From assembly GCF_000306885.1 (NCBI RefSeq), contig NC_018267.1:240001-272000 (forward strand): a stretch of DNA of 32,000 nucleotides, written 5' to 3'. Every line of letters starts with the position of its first letter. Positions within the stretch are counted from its first letter, which is position 1. Positions 9,401 through 19,220 of this stretch are shown piece after piece. The translations under genes and the position numbers were made by a program. Source of the DNA: Wolbachia endosymbiont of Onchocerca ochengi (GTDB lineage Bacteria > Pseudomonadota > Alphaproteobacteria > Rickettsiales > Anaplasmataceae). The notes beneath the pieces are model-generated. The model had not been told where the DNA came from, searched no databases, and saw only the letters and a program-made list of their open reading frames with translations.

Positions 9401-10399
9401 CTATTGAACAAGCCCTATAATATCCTTAACTTCTTTTATGCTATGATCTGCAATCTCTGCTGCTTTTTCTGTACCTCTTTTTAAGATTTCATATAAATAA
9501 GATTGGTATTTTAAGAGATCATTAATCTTCTCACGTATGGGTGATACGACACTGATGATTAAATCAGCTAACTCTTTCTTAAAGTACTTCATATCATGTT
9601 TATTCATTTCTTCACACACTTTACTTACATCAAAACTACCGAGTGCTGAATAAATGTTTAATAAATTACTTACTTCCGGGCGGTATTTTAAAGTAGCAAA
9701 ATCAAAGCCTAGTATTGAATCTGTTTTTGCCTTTCCTATTTTTTTAATAATTAGATCATCGGTGTCATCAAGGTTAATGCATGAACCTTCTGAAGAATCA
9801 GACTTACTCATCTTACTTGCACTACTCCTTAAGCTCATTATCCTCGATGTATAATCTAAAAGTAGGATTTCAGGTATGATAAAATGATCAATTTTATAGT
9901 AATTATTGAAAGTTAACGCGATATCACGTGCGAGCTCTAAATGTTGCTTTTGATCATCACCAACAGGAACGTATTTAGCTCGATACAGCAATATATCTGC
10001 AGCCATAAGTACCGGGTAACTATATAACCCCAAAGATGCTCTTTGTTTGCCATCACCAGCCTTACCTTTAAATTGAGTCATACGGTTAAGCCAACTAACT
10101 GGCGTATAACACCCAAGCAGCCAACCCAGCTTAGTATGGCCGCTAACTGTGGACTGACTAAAAATAATGGACTTTTCTGGATTTATTCCACACGCAATGT
10201 AAGCTGCTGCTGTTTTTAAAATATTACCTTTTAATTCGCTTGCAGAAAGCTTATTGGTTGTAATTGCATGTAAATCAACAATACAAAAAAAAGATTTATA
10301 TTTATTCTGTAAATCTACCCACTGCTTAATTGCACCAAGATAATTGCCTAAGTGTAATATACCACTCGGTTGAACACCTGAAAAAACAATATTACACAT
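9401..10399 (-). CDS. trpS: Tryptophanyl-tRNA synthetase
   Basis: 332 aa. HIGH-type motif PSGILHLGNYLG, a KMSKS motif is present, and the class I TrpRS length is typical. Confidence 0.92.
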   Translation of the reverse strand: MCNIVFSGVQPSGILHLGNYLGAIKQWVDLQNKYKSFFCIVDLHAITTNKLSASELKGNILKTAAAYIACGINPEKSIIFSQSTVSGHTKLGWLLGCYTPVSWLNRMTQFKGKAGDGKQRASLGLYSYPVLMAADILLYRAKYVPVGDDQKQHLELARDIALTFNNYYKIDHFIIPEILLLDYTSRIMSLRSSASKMSKSDSSEGSCINLDDTDDLIIKKIGKAKTDSILGFDFATLKYRPEVSNLLNIYSALGSFDVSKVCEEMNKHDMKYFKKELADLIISVVSPIREKINDLLKYQSYLYEILKRGTEKAAEIADHSIKEVKDIIGLVQ

Positions 10400-10411
10400 T
10401 ATTTTATTTTA

Positions 10412-10981
10412 CTAATTGTTTTCACAATCAGCAGATCTCTTGGAAATAACAACCATTGCAGGACGAAGTAACCTACTTTTAATAGTATAACCAGTTTGTA
10501 AAACCTCCATGATAGTACCAACCTCTTTTTCATTATCTTCTCTCTCTACAATAGCCTGATGCAAATTACTATCAAAGAGTTCCCCAATTGGATCCATTTC
10601 TTTTATTCCATATTTTTTAAGATCACTCATAATTTTTTGATGAGCTACTTTAATCCCCTCATGAACAGGATCACCATCTTCCAGGTTTTCCATTACTCTT
10701 TTCAAATTATCGCAAGAGTCTATTATATCACGTGCAAATTGTGTAACTGCATAATCGCTTGCATCGCTGATTTGCTTTTGCATTATACGTTTGACGTTCT
10801 CGTTATCTGCAACAGCACGGCGTAAATGATCTTCAAGCTGAGCTGCGCGCTCTTTTAATATACTGAGATCTTCGTTCAAATCACTAGTTTGGTTGTTGCT
10901 ATCATTTTGCTGACCTTCACTCTTCTGCTTATTTACCACACCGGTAAACTTCTTCCCCTTTTCTTTACTACCACTTGACAT
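10412..10981 (-). CDS. grpE: Nucleotide exchange factor GrpE
   Basis: 189 aa. Coiled-coil N-terminal half and a C-terminal GrpE signature (VLQTGYTIKSRLLRPAMVVISK). Confidence 0.92.
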   Translation of the reverse strand: MSSGSKEKGKKFTGVVNKQKSEGQQNDSNNQTSDLNEDLSILKERAAQLEDHLRRAVADNENVKRIMQKQISDASDYAVTQFARDIIDSCDNLKRVMENLEDGDPVHEGIKVAHQKIMSDLKKYGIKEMDPIGELFDSNLHQAIVEREDNEKEVGTIMEVLQTGYTIKSRLLRPAMVVISKRSADCENN

Positions 10982-10991
10982 ACCATTACCC

Positions 10992-12023
10992 CTAAGAACC
11001 TAATAAATATATAGCAATTAATCTAAAAATATCAAGAACTAGCCAAGTTTGTCTTTCTATACTCGCATTTAAAAAGTTAATCAAAGCAGTTTTATAAGGA
11101 GAATCAGAAAAAGTACTAATATTATTTTGTGCTATGCTAATATAATGCCTTGCTTTCTCTATAGAAAGCTCAACAGCATTGTGGTGATTAATATAGTACA
11201 ATGCTTGATCAAAATCGCGTTCAGTTGAAGAAAAACATTTTTCCCAAAATTTTTGTTCCACCGTACTGCTTTTTTCATACGCTATAATAGCAGGTAAAGT
11301 AACTTTACCCTCAAAAAAGTCTTTTCCGACTTGCTTTCCAGAAGCACTTTGACTAGCAGTATAATCGAGCATGTCATCAATTATTTGAAATGCCATGCCA
11401 AAGTTAAATCCAAAACTCTTTAATCTCTCTATCTCATCACTTGTAGCACCAGATATTACAGATGCAGCTTCACAACATGCAGAAAATAAAGATGCTGTTT
11501 TTTCTCCAATGATATCAAAATAGTTTTCCCTAATAGTGTTAGGATTAAAGCATGTCGTCATCTGCTTTATTTCACCCTTCACAAGTGAACGCGATGCCCT
11601 AGATAGGATAGAAATAATGTTTAAATTCTCACACTCTATAAGCCATCTAAATGCCAGAGTCAATAATAAATCACCGACTAAAATGCTTGATTTATTCCCC
11701 CAAATTTTATTTGCTGTTTCAACTCCATGACGCACTTCACTTTCATCAAGCACATCATCATGAAGCAAAGTAGCATTGTGTATAAATTCTACCGATGCAG
11801 CAACTTTAATTCTATCCTCTCTAGAATAGCCAAGCATTTTACATATAACAAAGACGAGTTTAGGCCTGATTTTTTTTCCACCTGACTTAACAAGGTGAGA
11901 TATAACATCAGCAGCAAGCTTAATATCTTCATTATCAACACTATTAAAGATAAAATCTTTCATAGCTGACAAATCAGAAGATACAACATTATCTAATATA
12001 TCATTATTATTTACTGACAGCAT
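10992..12023 (-). CDS. ispB: Polyprenyl (octaprenyl) diphosphate synthase
   Basis: 343 aa. First Asp-rich motif LLHDDVLDESEVRHG and second Asp-rich motif FQIIDDMLD. Confidence 0.85.
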   Translation of the reverse strand: MLSVNNNDILDNVVSSDLSAMKDFIFNSVDNEDIKLAADVISHLVKSGGKKIRPKLVFVICKMLGYSREDRIKVAASVEFIHNATLLHDDVLDESEVRHGVETANKIWGNKSSILVGDLLLTLAFRWLIECENLNIISILSRASRSLVKGEIKQMTTCFNPNTIRENYFDIIGEKTASLFSACCEAASVISGATSDEIERLKSFGFNFGMAFQIIDDMLDYTASQSASGKQVGKDFFEGKVTLPAIIAYEKSSTVEQKFWEKCFSSTERDFDQALYYINHHNAVELSIEKARHYISIAQNNISTFSDSPYKTALINFLNASIERQTWLVLDIFRLIAIYLLGS

Positions 12024-12032
12024 TAAAGAGAC

Positions 12033-12353
12033 TTACGCCTCTTGTTCTTTTACTTTTTTCCTTTTTGTTTCCCTTGGTTCCATTTTTCTCTTTTCTGTTT
12101 CTAAATCTAAAAGACCTTTTTTGATGAACCATAATACTCTTTCAGTTGCTTGCGCACCTACACTTAGCCAATATTTTAACCTATCAGCTTTTATCACAAC
12201 ACGATTTTTATTGTCTTTCGCTAGCATTGGATCATATTGCCCTATTCTTTCAATAAAACGTCCATCTCTTGGTGCACGCGAATCAGCTACAATTATTCTA
12301 TAAAAAGGGCGTTTTTTTGCACCAAATCTTGCTAACCTTATTTTAACTGCCAT
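12033..12353 (-). CDS. rpsP: 30S ribosomal protein S16
   Basis: Starts [42 protein letters not shown], a canonical S16 N-terminus. It has a Lys/Glu-rich C-terminal tail. Confidence 0.95.
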   Translation of the reverse strand: MAVKIRLARFGAKKRPFYRIIVADSRAPRDGRFIERIGQYDPMLAKDNKNRVVIKADRLKYWLSVGAQATERVLWFIKKGLLDLETEKRKMEPRETKRKKVKEQEA

Positions 12354-13926
12354 GTTAACCTTTATTCATATGTTACTTATAACTTTATATAATAAGCAGT
12401 TCAAGTCAAATAAATTATTATACAACTTTTGCACCTTACAATGCACATATGAAGAGTGTCTGAAGTGCATCATGCTCAATTTATGAAAATTATCTTAATA
12501 TTACAAGGTTTATTAGGTTTCGCTGTTTAAACTTATTTTACCTATTTAGCTAGTCCCTATTGTAATTATGGAAAGTAACCTGGCTTTTATGAGAGCTGTA
12601 CACATATGTTAGTTCTGCAGTCAAAGTATACTGTAGGTGGGTAAAAGATTCATCGCATATGACAATTGAACTATAGTTATTAAAGAAATAGTAGTAAAAA
12701 CAGAAGTAAGCAATACATCCATACCACTTTTAATAAAAGTCGTTACCAGATGCAAAATTATTACCCTCCAAACTTCTTTTAATAAGAATAAAAAAGTCAG
12801 ATAGAGTTTCTATTGAAGATACTGTTTAAGGTACCAAGCATTTCAACTGTGATGGCGAACCTAAACTTAACTTGGAAAGTCTACCCTTTCGCTTAGAATT
12901 ACAGCTAATATTGGATAACTTTCTTCTTTCAATAATTTTTATTATTGTGCGAAAAGTCTTTAGAGCAACCTAAGAGCAAAGCTTCCTAAGATAAAGAAAC
13001 CAAAAAATTAAGCTTTAATCTATAGTATCTTTAGCTGATCTAATAATGACAATAAAAAAATAAAAACACAAAAATTTCTAATTATCAATCCTCACAAACA
13101 ATGTGTGAAGCTAAATTTACATTAGAACTAAGCATTATAATACAGGTTCGCACCTGAGCTCATAAGTTGATCATTCTTACAAAATAGTATGATATTTTTT
13201 TTAATGATTGGCCATATAACCAAGAATAGACAAAACAGCAGGACCTTAAAACTTTAGAACACATAGGGTAAATACGGTATTGTATTTTGAAAGCAGAAAT
13301 AGCAATCAATACCACGTTTCGTATGTTATTTAAAACAGGTCTGCCCCTAGAAATGAAGTTAGCCATTTTTGAAATATCTGAAGTAGAACTAATACCTCCA
13401 TTGACATCCATCAGCGTCACTTCTAATAGGCAATACCAATGGCAAAAAAGCTGTCGGCAATGCTATATTTATAAAATTAATGGTTCTAGACTGACTCTAC
13501 TAGAAGTCCAAGAGTTAGATAACAGGAACAAATACGGAAACCCAAGAAGAGAGCAATTAAATGGGATATTAATATCGATTAGCTATAATCATTACAGTGT
13601 TAAATACTTGTTGCAAAATATTTTTGCACAAAAAAGAAGTGTACCTGAGTCTTGTGAAAAACTAAAAACATAGGAATTATCAGCTGATGTTGCTTACCTT
13701 TTTTAAAAAGTTAGTTAATTTAGTATTAACAGCTTCTTTAAGAAGCTATGATAAAGTTATACTTTCAAGCAAAATTAATTAAGAATATCCCACATGCTAA
13801 TCTAAAGGTTAAAAAAGTAAAAAATTATGGATCTTTAAAAACTATACTATACCTAAAACAGCAACTACCTATCTTATAATAACAAAATAATTAAGTTTAA
13901 ACATATAAAAGAGCTGAGATAAATCT

Positions 13927-14841
13927 TCAATCACAGTTAAACAACGCCTTAGCAAATTCTTTGCCAGTAAATTCCTTTAGATCTTCTATACTTTCACCAA
14001 TTCCTATAGCCAGCAACTTCACTTTATAAGTTTCTGCAAGTCCAATAACTACTCCACCCTTAGCAGTGCCATCTAGCTTCGTTATAATTAGCCCAGTCAC
14101 ACTCACCATCTTGCTAAATGCTTCTAATTGGCTATAAGCGTTTTGGCCAGTGGTTGCATCAAGAATTAAAATAACATCATGAGGGGCAGTATCATCTAAT
14201 TTCTTTACTGTTCTATATATTTTTGATAGCTCTTCCATAAGGTTTACATTATTTTGTAGCCTGCCTGCTGTATCAATCAGAACAACATCAATGTTGTCTT
14301 TTATAGCTTGACTTACAGCTCTATATGCTAAACTTGCAGAATCACTGCCGTATTCTCCAATAACGATAGGACAACCAGAACGCTCTGCCCAAATATTTAA
14401 CTGTTCACTAGCAGCAGCTCTAAATGTATCACATGCAACTAGTACAATAGATTTTCCCATTTTTTTATATTTATACGCGAGTTTGCCTATAGTTGTGGTT
14501 TTACCACTACCATTTACCCCACATACCATTATTATATGTGGTTTCTTATTCAAAATAAGCGGTTGCATAACAGGACTCAACATAGCTTCTATTTCATTGA
14601 TTAATTGGTGCGTGACAACGTTATGCTCAACTTCCTTATCACACTTGATACTCGCAAGCTTATCAATAATTAACTTAGAAGTTTTATGACCAACATCCAT
14701 ACTCACTAAAAGCTCTTCTAGCTCATCCAAAAGGAATTGATCTATTTCTTTTTTTTTGCCAGAAAAAATATTTTTCACCCCGTTGCTAAAGCGAGAAGAA
14801 GTTTTTAACAAGCCTTTATAAAAGTTACCAAACAAACTCAA
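13927..14841 (-). CDS. ftsY: Signal recognition particle receptor FtsY (short form)
   Basis: 304 aa. G1 motif GVNGSGKTTTIGKLA, LIDTAGRLQN, and TKLDGTAKGG. Confidence 0.92.
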   Translation of the reverse strand: MSLFGNFYKGLLKTSSRFSNGVKNIFSGKKKEIDQFLLDELEELLVSMDVGHKTSKLIIDKLASIKCDKEVEHNVVTHQLINEIEAMLSPVMQPLILNKKPHIIMVCGVNGSGKTTTIGKLAYKYKKMGKSIVLVACDTFRAAASEQLNIWAERSGCPIVIGEYGSDSASLAYRAVSQAIKDNIDVVLIDTAGRLQNNVNLMEELSKIYRTVKKLDDTAPHDVILILDATTGQNAYSQLEAFSKMVSVTGLIITKLDGTAKGGVVIGLAETYKVKLLAIGIGESIEDLKEFTGKEFAKALFNCD

Positions 14842-14970
14842 GTAAATACTCCTTTTAAAATTTAAACTTAATGTAAAAAATTACATGTACTACATGTATT
14901 TGTAAAGCAAATATACTTGCGTGTGTCATCTTTTGTGAATAAAATATGCTAATCACAAGTGTGTTTTTCT

Positions 14971-14998
14971 TTAGTCTTTAAACTAAATGTGCTATAAT
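14971..14998 (+). promoter_or_regulatory. Putative sigma70 promoter of the isc cluster
   Basis: TTAGTC, then a 16-nt spacer, then TGcTATAAT (extended -10, hexamer at 14993-14998). It lies ~30 nt upstream of the iscU ATG. Motif match only. Confidence 0.35.
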
Positions 14999-15027
14999 GT
15001 AAAATAGTGGTTTATGGGGGTAATTCT

Positions 15028-15420
15028 ATGAGTTATAACAAAAAAATTTTAGATCATTATGAAAATCCAAGGAACGTTGGTTCCTTGGATAAAAATGATC
15101 CAAACGTTGGCACTGGTTTAGTGGGCGCGCCGTCATGCGGAGATGTCATGAAGCTACAAATAAAAGTTAATGACAAAGGTGTTATTGAAGATGCAAAATT
15201 CAAAACTTTTGGTTGCGGTTCTGCTATTGCTTCAAGCTCTTTACTCACGGAGATGATTAAAGGTAAAGCTATTAAAGATGCAACACAGATAAAGAACACT
15301 CAAATAGTGAAAGAATTATCTTTACCTCCAGTAAAGATACACTGTTCAGTACTTGCTGAAGATGCTATAAAAGCTGCTATTCATGATTATCAAAGTAAAC
15401 AAAGTAAAAGTAATAACTAA
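15028..15420 (+). CDS. iscU: Fe-S cluster assembly scaffold IscU
   Basis: Starts MSYNKKILDHYENPRNVGSL. The three conserved Cys contexts are present (APSCGDV, FGCGSAIASSS, IHCSVLAEDA). I prefer the ATG at 15028 over the GTG at 15007. Confidence 0.9.
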   Translation: MSYNKKILDHYENPRNVGSLDKNDPNVGTGLVGAPSCGDVMKLQIKVNDKGVIEDAKFKTFGCGSAIASSSLLTEMIKGKAIKDATQIKNTQIVKELSLPPVKIHCSVLAEDAIKAAIHDYQSKQSKSNN

Positions 15421-15427
15421 AAAAGTT

Positions 15428-15832
15428 ATGGACGAATATCAAGAAGTAAATGCTGTAAAGAAAGATAAAAAACCTATCACCATCACTACAAATGCAGTAG
15501 AAAGGATAAGATATTTATTGGATCAAAAACAGCATGATAACTTTAAAAAATCAGAAAAAGCAATAGGAATAAGAGTGCTAATTAAACAAAAAGGGTGTTC
15601 CGGTTTAAAATATGACATCGAATATGCATATGATACTCGTCCTTTAGAGTCGGTAATTGAAGAAAGATGCAGTAACGGTCAAAAAGTCAAGGTATTAATC
15701 GATCCGAAATCTATCATGTTTATCCTTGGCTCTGAAATAGATTATGTAGAGAAAAAATTCTCATCAGGTTTTATTTTCAAAAATCCTAATGAGAAAGGAA
15801 AATGTGGTTGCGGAGAAAGTTTTCATGTTTAG
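15428..15832 (+). CDS. iscA: Fe-S cluster insertion protein IscA/HesB family
   Basis: Has GCSGLKYDI and a C-terminal KCGCGESFHV, as expected for A-type carriers. The ATG at 15428 lies within the longer track ORF. Confidence 0.85.
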   Translation: MDEYQEVNAVKKDKKPITITTNAVERIRYLLDQKQHDNFKKSEKAIGIRVLIKQKGCSGLKYDIEYAYDTRPLESVIEERCSNGQKVKVLIDPKSIMFILGSEIDYVEKKFSSGFIFKNPNEKGKCGCGESFHV

Positions 15833-16283
15833 AAACCACTTTTCATTGCTTGAAATTGAGCCAGTTTTCAATATCAACTTTGATGAGCTAGAGAAAAAAT
15901 ATATTGAACTAAGCAAGACTGATATAAATAAAGGAAAGTCCAAAAACATGAAAAGTATAAACAAAGCTTACCAAGTGCTAAAATCTCCACTAAAACGGGC
16001 CGAACATTTATTGGATCTTTTTGGCGTGAAAATCCAAGAGAATCATACAAATTCCGAGATACTAAATGAATCAATAGAAATAAGAGAGTACTTGCTAGAT
16101 TGCGATAACCTGCAATTTGCAAGTAAGATAATTGATGAAAAGATAAAAAATTGCACTAAAAACTTAATTGATGCTTTTGCTGTAAAAAATTTTGATGAAG
16201 CTGTAATGCAAGTTTTAAGATTGAAGTATCTATATAAGTCATTTGAAGAGGTAAAGAAAAATGCGTCCAATTCAAGTCTCTGA
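15825..16283 (+). CDS. hscB: Fe-S co-chaperone HscB (atypical, HPD-less J-domain)
   Basis: Sits between iscA and hscA and overlaps both (its ATG is inside the iscA stop region). Contains INKAYQVLKSPLKRAEHLL, the HscB helix III signature. The C-terminal helical domain has the expected length. Confidence 0.8.
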   Translation: MFRNHFSLLEIEPVFNINFDELEKKYIELSKTDINKGKSKNMKSINKAYQVLKSPLKRAEHLLDLFGVKIQENHTNSEILNESIEIREYLLDCDNLQFASKIIDEKIKNCTKNLIDAFAVKNFDEAVMQVLRLKYLYKSFEEVKKNASNSSL

Positions 16284-18036
16284 ACCAAATTCAAATGAAA
16301 TAGTGTTTGGCATAGACCTTGGTACCACCAATTCTTTAATTGCTGCAGTCAATAAAGCTGGTGACGTAGAAATATTTAAAGATGAGCAGGGGAGAGAATT
16401 ACTGCCTTCTGTTATTTCATATGAAAATAACATATTTAAAATAGGATATGATGCTGGTCCAGGTGCAATATACTCCATAAAACGCTTAATGGGTAAAAAT
16501 GTCAAAGATTTAAATAAAGAAAGTATCAATTTTGAAATAGATGAGGAAAGTGAAAAAGTTATTAGGATAAAATGTGCAGAAGATAAATATCTTACTCCTG
16601 TTGAAATTTCTGCCGAGATATTAAAAGCTTTGTGCGAAAAAGTAAAAAAATCCACAGGGATAAAAGTAAAAAAAGCGGTAATCACTGTGCCAGCTTACTT
16701 TGACGATTCAGCACGTAATGCAACCAAATATGCAGCAAAATTAGCTGGTATAGAGGTTCTTCGTTTAATTAATGAGCCAACTGCTGCTGCATTTTCTCAT
16801 TCGATTAAAAAGAATAATAACAGTGGAATATACGCAGTTTATGACTTAGGTGGCGGAACATTCGATATTTCAATATTGAAGTTACATCAAGGAGTGTTTC
16901 AAGTCCTTGCGGTTGGCGGTGATACCGAACTTGGTGGTGATGATTTTGATCGCCTACTAAGTTCAATTGTGCTTTCTAAGTATAGAGAAAAGGAAAGTTT
17001 AAGTGAAGAACGTCCCGATGTTACATACCTTAGTAACATTAGAATTCATAACACACGCCTTGTCAAGGAATACCTAAGCGAAAATACATCAGGCATTTTT
17101 GGCTTCAATATTAACGGTGAATTATTTAAATGCAAAATTACTAAAGAAGAATTCGAACAGGCAATTACCCCATTGGTTAACAAGACTATCAACATAACCA
17201 CTCGTACTATATGCGATATAAATCTTAAAATTGATAGCATAAAAGGAGTAATTTTAGTTGGCGGTGGAACTAAAGTACCATTAGTACAAAACTCACTAGT
17301 CACACTTTTTGGAAATAAAATATTAAGTGATGTAGACCCAGACAAAGCAGTTGTAATTGGAGCAGCTTTACATGCTCATGTTTTAACTTCGGGCTTAAAA
17401 GATAGGAATATTCTCCTCGACGTTTTACCCTTATCACTTGGCATAGAAACCATGGGAGGAATAGTTGAAAAAATTATACCAAGAAATACACCACTACCAG
17501 TTTCAGAAACAAAAGAGTTTACGACTTACGCTCACGGGCAAACGGCAATGAAAATTCACGTTTGTCAAGGAGAACGCGAAATGATAGAAGATAACAAGTC
17601 TCTAGCGCAGTTTGAACTAAAAGGAATACCGCCATTACCTGCAGGTTCTGCAAAAGTTGAAATAGAATTTACAGTTAATGTTGATGGAATATTGACTGTT
17701 ACTGCAAGAGAAAAAAGCACTAGCATTGAACAAACGGTTGAAATAAATTCAAGTTTTGGCTTAAGTGAAACCGATATTCAAGACATGGTTAACCAATCAA
17801 TAAATAACTTTGATAAAGATATGAAAGCTCGTTCTCTTGCAGAAGCCAAAGTTAATGGAAGTAAATTTATACATCTGATTGAAAGCAACAATGGTCTTTC
17901 TATTAATCAAAGGTTAAAAAAACTATTGCAAAACGCAAAAAATGCTTTACAGGGAAACGACTTGAACAAAATTAATAACGCTATCACTGAATTGAAAAAT
18001 TCCTCTTTAAAGTTGTGTAAATTAATAAATAGATAG
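16261..18036 (+). CDS. hscA: Fe-S chaperone HscA (Hsp70 family)
   Basis: 591 aa. N-terminus MRPIQVSEP like the HscA 'LLQISEP'. Also has GIDLGTTNS, DLGGGTFD and VGGGTKVP. Confidence 0.92.
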   Translation: MRPIQVSEPNSNEIVFGIDLGTTNSLIAAVNKAGDVEIFKDEQGRELLPSVISYENNIFKIGYDAGPGAIYSIKRLMGKNVKDLNKESINFEIDEESEKVIRIKCAEDKYLTPVEISAEILKALCEKVKKSTGIKVKKAVITVPAYFDDSARNATKYAAKLAGIEVLRLINEPTAAAFSHSIKKNNNSGIYAVYDLGGGTFDISILKLHQGVFQVLAVGGDTELGGDDFDRLLSSIVLSKYREKESLSEERPDVTYLSNIRIHNTRLVKEYLSENTSGIFGFNINGELFKCKITKEEFEQAITPLVNKTINITTRTICDINLKIDSIKGVILVGGGTKVPLVQNSLVTLFGNKILSDVDPDKAVVIGAALHAHVLTSGLKDRNILLDVLPLSLGIETMGGIVEKIIPRNTPLPVSETKEFTTYAHGQTAMKIHVCQGEREMIEDNKSLAQFELKGIPPLPAGSAKVEIEFTVNVDGILTVTAREKSTSIEQTVEINSSFGLSETDIQDMVNQSINNFDKDMKARSLAEAKVNGSKFIHLIESNNGLSINQRLKKLLQNAKNALQGNDLNKINNAITELKNSSLKLCKLINR

Positions 18037-18040
18037 AGTT

Positions 18041-18796
18041 TTATACGATACTGTGCAATATCCTATTCAACCGCAGAGCAATAGGTATTCTGAAATTAAA
18101 TGGCAACCAATTAACCTTTCCCAACTTAAACGATAAACCAACTATGCTTACACGCCCAATTATATTTTCCATTGGTACAAAACTGATTTCAGGAAACCTA
18201 CTATCAAAAGAATTATTTCTGTTATCCCCTAAAACAAAAAATTGATTGTCAGGCACACAATAAGTCGGGCTATCATATGATAGTTCATTGAAAATATTAT
18301 CTATTAAAATTTCGTGTTCCCTCTCATGTGAAAGTGTTTCTATGTATCTTGGTATGCTACGATTTGATTCATAATCAAAAAAGTCCTCAATTTGCTTTCG
18401 CTTTACTTTTTGATTATTGAGGTATAATTCTCCCTCTATAATTTGCACTTTGTCACCTGGTATCCCTATTACTCGTTTAACGAACCTGATACTGTCGTTT
18501 CTTGTTGGTTTAAAAACGATTATATCACCACGCTTTGGAGGAGTATAAAAGATTCTGCCACTAAAGATTCTCGGAGAAAACGGAAAAGAGTACCTACTAT
18601 AACCATATGAATACTTACTAACGAAAATATAATCTCCTTCAAGTAGAGTGCTTTTCATTGACCCAGAAGGGATATGAAATGGTTCAAATAAAAAACTACG
18701 TATTGATAGTGCAATCAACAGCAAAAAAAATAATGAAGATAAAAACCTTCCTGTTCTTGCTACCAAGTTTTTTCTTAATCTCTCTAACTTTTTCAA
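18041..18796 (-). CDS. lepB: Signal peptidase I
   Basis: 251 aa. Catalytic Ser box IPSGSMKSTLLEGDYIFV, Lys box KRVIGIPGD, and GDNRNNSFDSRF. No upstream ATG exists. The start is apparently TTG at 18796, with AGGA ~11 nt upstream. Confidence 0.9.
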   Translation of the reverse strand: MKKLERLRKNLVARTGRFLSSLFFLLLIALSIRSFLFEPFHIPSGSMKSTLLEGDYIFVSKYSYGYSRYSFPFSPRIFSGRIFYTPPKRGDIIVFKPTRNDSIRFVKRVIGIPGDKVQIIEGELYLNNQKVKRKQIEDFFDYESNRSIPRYIETLSHEREHEILIDNIFNELSYDSPTYCVPDNQFFVLGDNRNNSFDSRFPEISFVPMENIIGRVSIVGLSFKLGKVNWLPFNFRIPIALRLNRILHSIV

Positions 18797-19150
18797 TTTT
18801 GTTTTTCCTATAAATTATAGCTTATTATAATACGTAAAAGTAACAACATAAAACTTTACTCGTGGACATTGTTTTTCACTACTAAATCCGAGTTACATAA
18901 GTTAGCTTCACCGCTTACTTACACTTCGCGAAGTTTTTGTTATTTGCTCTAGAGAGCAAATATTTGAAGTTTGATAAAAGCTAAAATTTACAAATTACCC
19001 TTAATAAGGAAACTTAATAGATTCTTAACCAGTATATTAAAGGCTATGTTTTAGATCGTCAATTACCTGAAGTTGTAGATATCAAGAGAATTAGTAGAAA
19101 GTTTCTGTAAAAAAACAGGCATACTATAGAGCTTCTTTTGTAGGTAACAA

Positions 19151-19220
19151 TAAAATTAACTAATGAGTTAGAGTAAACTGTTTATCATAACAGTTTACTC
19201 TAACTCATTAGTTAATTTTA
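19151..19220. repeat. Perfect 32-bp inverted repeat with a 6-nt spacer (70-nt hairpin-forming element)
   Basis: taaaattaactaatgagttagagtaaactgtt-tatcat-aacagtttactctaactcattagttaatttta. The arms are exact reverse complements. It lies in ORF-free DNA ~355 nt beyond the 5' end of lepB. Confidence 0.8.

Noticed and set aside
13143-13156. tRNA T-arm-like string caggTTCGCACcctg-like (caggttcgcacctg) in the rpsP-ftsY spacer.
   Set aside because: I could not build a matching acceptor stem, D-arm or anticodon arm from the ~75 nt upstream. I found no convincing tRNA, rRNA, tmRNA or RNase P signature anywhere in the window.
13160-13673. ORFs 13160-13420 (-) and 13287-13673 (+).
   Set aside because: They are mutually overlapping antisense ORFs in an otherwise ORF-free tract, with no start context or motifs. 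I treat them as possible relics (see the finding for 12354-13926), not as genes.
18941-18962. Small palindrome tatttgctct-ag-agagcaaata upstream of lepB.
   Set aside because: It has 10-bp AT-rich arms, which occur often by chance in this composition. It has no second copy and no obvious relation to a promoter. I note it only.
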